A stretch of DNA of 37,156 bases from a virus: the IMG/VR virus record IMGVR_UViG_3300005077_000051, positions 1 to 37,156 of that record, one strand, 5' to 3'. The stretch's first letter is position 1. Each line of letters opens with the position of its first letter. The position numbers were made by a program, and so were the translations under genes. This document shows, one piece after another, positions 35,013-37,156 of the stretch. The notes below the pieces were generated by a model. The model searched no databases, was not told the DNA's origin, and saw nothing but the letters and a program-made list of their open reading frames with translations.

Positions 35013-35840
35013 ATGGATTTTAACCCAAATCAACAATTGATTCAGAGACACGCCAAGAGGCTTACAGGCCTTGAGGACATGCAGGCGAGAATTATGCTGG
35101 CAAAGTATAGGGTGGCGTTTCAGGAGCTTAAAAACAGGCTATTATCGGCAGGAGATAACACGTTTACAGAGGCAAGACTTAAATCAACCATTTCACAGGT
35201 TGAAATAAGCATTAAACTACTCGAAAAAGAATTATCTAAAACGATATCGGAAAGCTCAAGTTATTGTTATGAGCAAGCAGTTGAAGATTCTGTAACAGAG
35301 ATCAATAAATTTGAAAAGGATTTTGCAGGAGTTAGTTCAACTATACCAATTGACGTGATATTGGATTCTACCGAAGAAAACAATCTTTTAATCAACAATT
35401 TCGCATCGTCAATAATGGCATATAATTCAGACTTGAGGGCAAATATTCAAAATAGCTTAACTCAGTCTTTAATTCAGAATAAAACCTATTCGCAATCAGT
35501 AGATGACATTGATTCAATATTAAATACCGATCTATGGAAGGCACACAGGATTGTAAGAACTGAAATGCACAGTATTTACAACATTTCGAAAATAGATGGG
35601 ATGCTATCGATAAGAGATAAATATATTCCAGACCTCAAAAAAATGTTAATTCATCCAATGGACAATAGGACAGCTCAGGACTCAAAAGAACTTGCAAAAC
35701 AAAATCCTATTGTTGACATAGAAAAACCTTTTGTTCAGGTTTACAACGGTAAAAAATACGTTTTCATGGCACCACCTAATAGACCGAACGATAGGGCGAT
35801 ACTAATACCATTCAGAGAAAAGTATATTGCAACAGAATAA
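35013..35840 (+). CDS. Head morphogenesis protein, Mu F / SPP1 gp7 family
   Basis: AHRIVRTEMHSIYNISK and the C-terminal PPNRPNDRAILIPF are patterns of the MuF family. Confidence 0.75.
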   Translation: MDFNPNQQLIQRHAKRLTGLEDMQARIMLAKYRVAFQELKNRLLSAGDNTFTEARLKSTISQVEISIKLLEKELSKTISESSSYCYEQAVEDSVTEINKFEKDFAGVSSTIPIDVILDSTEENNLLINNFASSIMAYNSDLRANIQNSLTQSLIQNKTYSQSVDDIDSILNTDLWKAHRIVRTEMHSIYNISKIDGMLSIRDKYIPDLKKMLIHPMDNRTAQDSKELAKQNPIVDIEKPFVQVYNGKKYVFMAPPNRPNDRAILIPFREKYIATE

Positions 35841-35932
35841 ATATTAACGCATAATAGTAGTATGTCGTCATATTAAGTGATCACTTAGCAAAATCAAAAA
35901 AAAGAGAAATTCAAAGAAAGGAGCAAAAGACT

Positions 35933-36712
35933 ATGAGAAAGTTATTAGTTTTATTTTTAACATTAATCACAAATCAAGACGGACATTTTTCAATGTTCAA
36001 CGATTTGTTTTGTCCAGATGATGACGGCACTGGTGCTGGTGGCGGTTCTTCATCAGACGGAAAAAGTAAAGATGATGGAAAAGAAAAAGACAATCAAAAA
36101 AAACAAGCCGATGGCGGCGGAACTGCCAAAGGCGATAAGATAGATGATCTACCTAGCTGGGCGCAAGACGAGATCAAAAAATTAAGAAATGAAAATGCTT
36201 CACGCAGAAAATCAAATTCAGAACTATCCGACAGGCTCGGCAAACTAGAGAAGGGTTTAAAATCTGCATTTGGGGTTGATGGTGACGAGGAAGTTGATTT
36301 ATCTGAACAGGTTTCAGCATTAAGCAATGAACTTACGGCCACTCAGTTTAATAGTGCCGTTGTAGAAATGGCCTATGAAAACGAAATCCCAAAAGACAAA
36401 ATCGGTTTTTTTAAGTACCGACTAAATGAAGCATTGGGGTTATTGGGTGACGATGAAGAGCTGCCAAAAGAAATTTTGGACTCAATCGTTCAGGAAGTTA
36501 AAGGAGTTGGCAAAGGTGCCGCTCAAACAAGTGTAAATGGCGACAAAAAACCAAATGAAGACGGCAAGAAGAGCTTTGAAAAACTTACTGCCGAAGAATT
36601 TGTCAAAATGTCAGAAGGTGACAAAAACATCATGTTTACCACCGATCGGGCACGGTATGACGCTTTACATTTAGAGGCAAAGCAAAAAAGGCTTTACAAA
36701 TTTAGATTTTAA
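35933..36712 (+). CDS. Capsid scaffolding protein
   Basis: RBS aaaggag. Has an acidic Gly/Asp/Lys-rich linker followed by DLPSWAQDEIKKLRNENASRRKSNSEL, which is typical of phage scaffold proteins. Lies immediately upstream of the capsid gene. Confidence 0.7.
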   Translation: MRKLLVLFLTLITNQDGHFSMFNDLFCPDDDGTGAGGGSSSDGKSKDDGKEKDNQKKQADGGGTAKGDKIDDLPSWAQDEIKKLRNENASRRKSNSELSDRLGKLEKGLKSAFGVDGDEEVDLSEQVSALSNELTATQFNSAVVEMAYENEIPKDKIGFFKYRLNEALGLLGDDEELPKEILDSIVQEVKGVGKGAAQTSVNGDKKPNEDGKKSFEKLTAEEFVKMSEGDKNIMFTTDRARYDALHLEAKQKRLYKFRF

Positions 36713-36735
36713 AAACTAACAGGAGTTAAAAACAA

Positions 36736-37156
36736 ATGACTACAAAATCAACAGATATGACTTTTGAGCCGAAAATTTGGCAAGATCATATCGAAGCTTA
36801 TTTCGATCAAAAATTAGTTTATGGAGCGTTCGCATACGTTCCAGAGGGTGAGTTTATCCCTTACGATTCTACTACAAGCGGTTTATCTGTAAATTTCCCT
36901 TATTTTAATAAGGTTTCAGACGCAGAAACACCAGCAGAGGACGAAAGTTTGACAGTAGACAAGCTAACTGATGGTAGCTTTTCTGCTACAGTTTATGAGT
37001 ATGGTAAGGCCGTTGGATTCAACAAGAAAGCGGTTAAGAAATCAAGTGCATCAGCAGATAGAATTTACACAGAAGCAAGACAACAAATTGCACGTGTACT
37101 TGCTGAAAAACTTGATAACAATCTCTATACAGAGACAAACACAAGCGGAAATTATA
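36736..37156 (+). CDS. Major capsid protein, N-terminal part (continues at base 100 of the window)
   Basis: AGGAG lies 10 nt upstream of ATG 36736. The frame is open to the window end and in phase with 3..599. Confidence 0.8.
   Translation, partial: MTTKSTDMTFEPKIWQDHIEAYFDQKLVYGAFAYVPEGEFIPYDSTTSGLSVNFPYFNKVSDAETPAEDESLTVDKLTDGSFSATVYEYGKAVGFNKKAVKKSSASADRIYTEARQQIARVLAEKLDNNLYTETNTSGNY
37058..37156. repeat. 99-nt exact copy of 1..99
   Basis: Direct comparison of the two window ends. Confidence 0.95.

Noticed and set aside
35874-35887. 14-bp perfect palindrome TAAGTGATCACTTA upstream of the scaffold gene
   Set aside because: Arms of 7 bp are expected by chance a few times in 37 kb of DNA. 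No second copy or promoter context was seen, so it is kept only as a note.
1-37156. tRNA genes, CRISPR arrays and recoded stop codons
   Set aside because: Intergenic gaps are all under about 170 nt and none folds as a cloverleaf. There are no spaced direct-repeat arrays. All large genes are uninterrupted under the standard code.

Overview
The window is one complete, circularly closed genome of an A+T-rich contractile-tailed (myovirus-type) phage. Bases 1..99 are identical to 37058..37156, so the unit length is about 37,057 bp, and the major capsid gene runs across the window boundary. There are three transcription blocks. (1) A plus-strand late block runs from about 28.8 kb through the junction to about 19.9 kb. 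It encodes an HNH endonuclease, two small DNA-binding proteins, TerS, TerL, portal, an unusual inserted module, MuF-like protein, scaffold and capsid. It continues with head-tail genes including a 626-aa LamG protein, sheath, tube, a chaperone pair with a -1 frameshift, and tape measure. It ends with a PBSX/Mu/P2-like baseplate (LysM protein, hub, spike, gp25-like, J-like, gpI/XkdU-like), two fibre proteins and a lysis cassette with a T7-lysozyme-type amidase. (2) A minus-strand early-left block (19.86-23.15 kb) carries a replication organiser, a VRR-NUC nuclease and ORFans. (3) A plus-strand early-right block (23.27-28.7 kb) carries a PD-(D/E)XK exonuclease, a putative annealing protein, an E/K-rich helix protein and many small ORFans. 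I recognised no integrase, CI-type repressor, partition genes, tRNA, CRISPR array or reverse transcriptase. Five things most deserve a second look. First, a five-ORF module between portal and MuF (mini HExxH peptidase plus very basic glycine-zipper proteins). Second, a 71-bp dyad holding two overlapping face-to-face early promoters. Third, a perfect 19-bp-stem hairpin just after the HNH gene that buries the next start codon. Fourth, a 280-codon stop-free +1 frame inside terL. Fifth, a baseplate hub gene that appears to lack a canonical start codon. All functional calls rest on motif recognition and synteny by eye; no searches were run.
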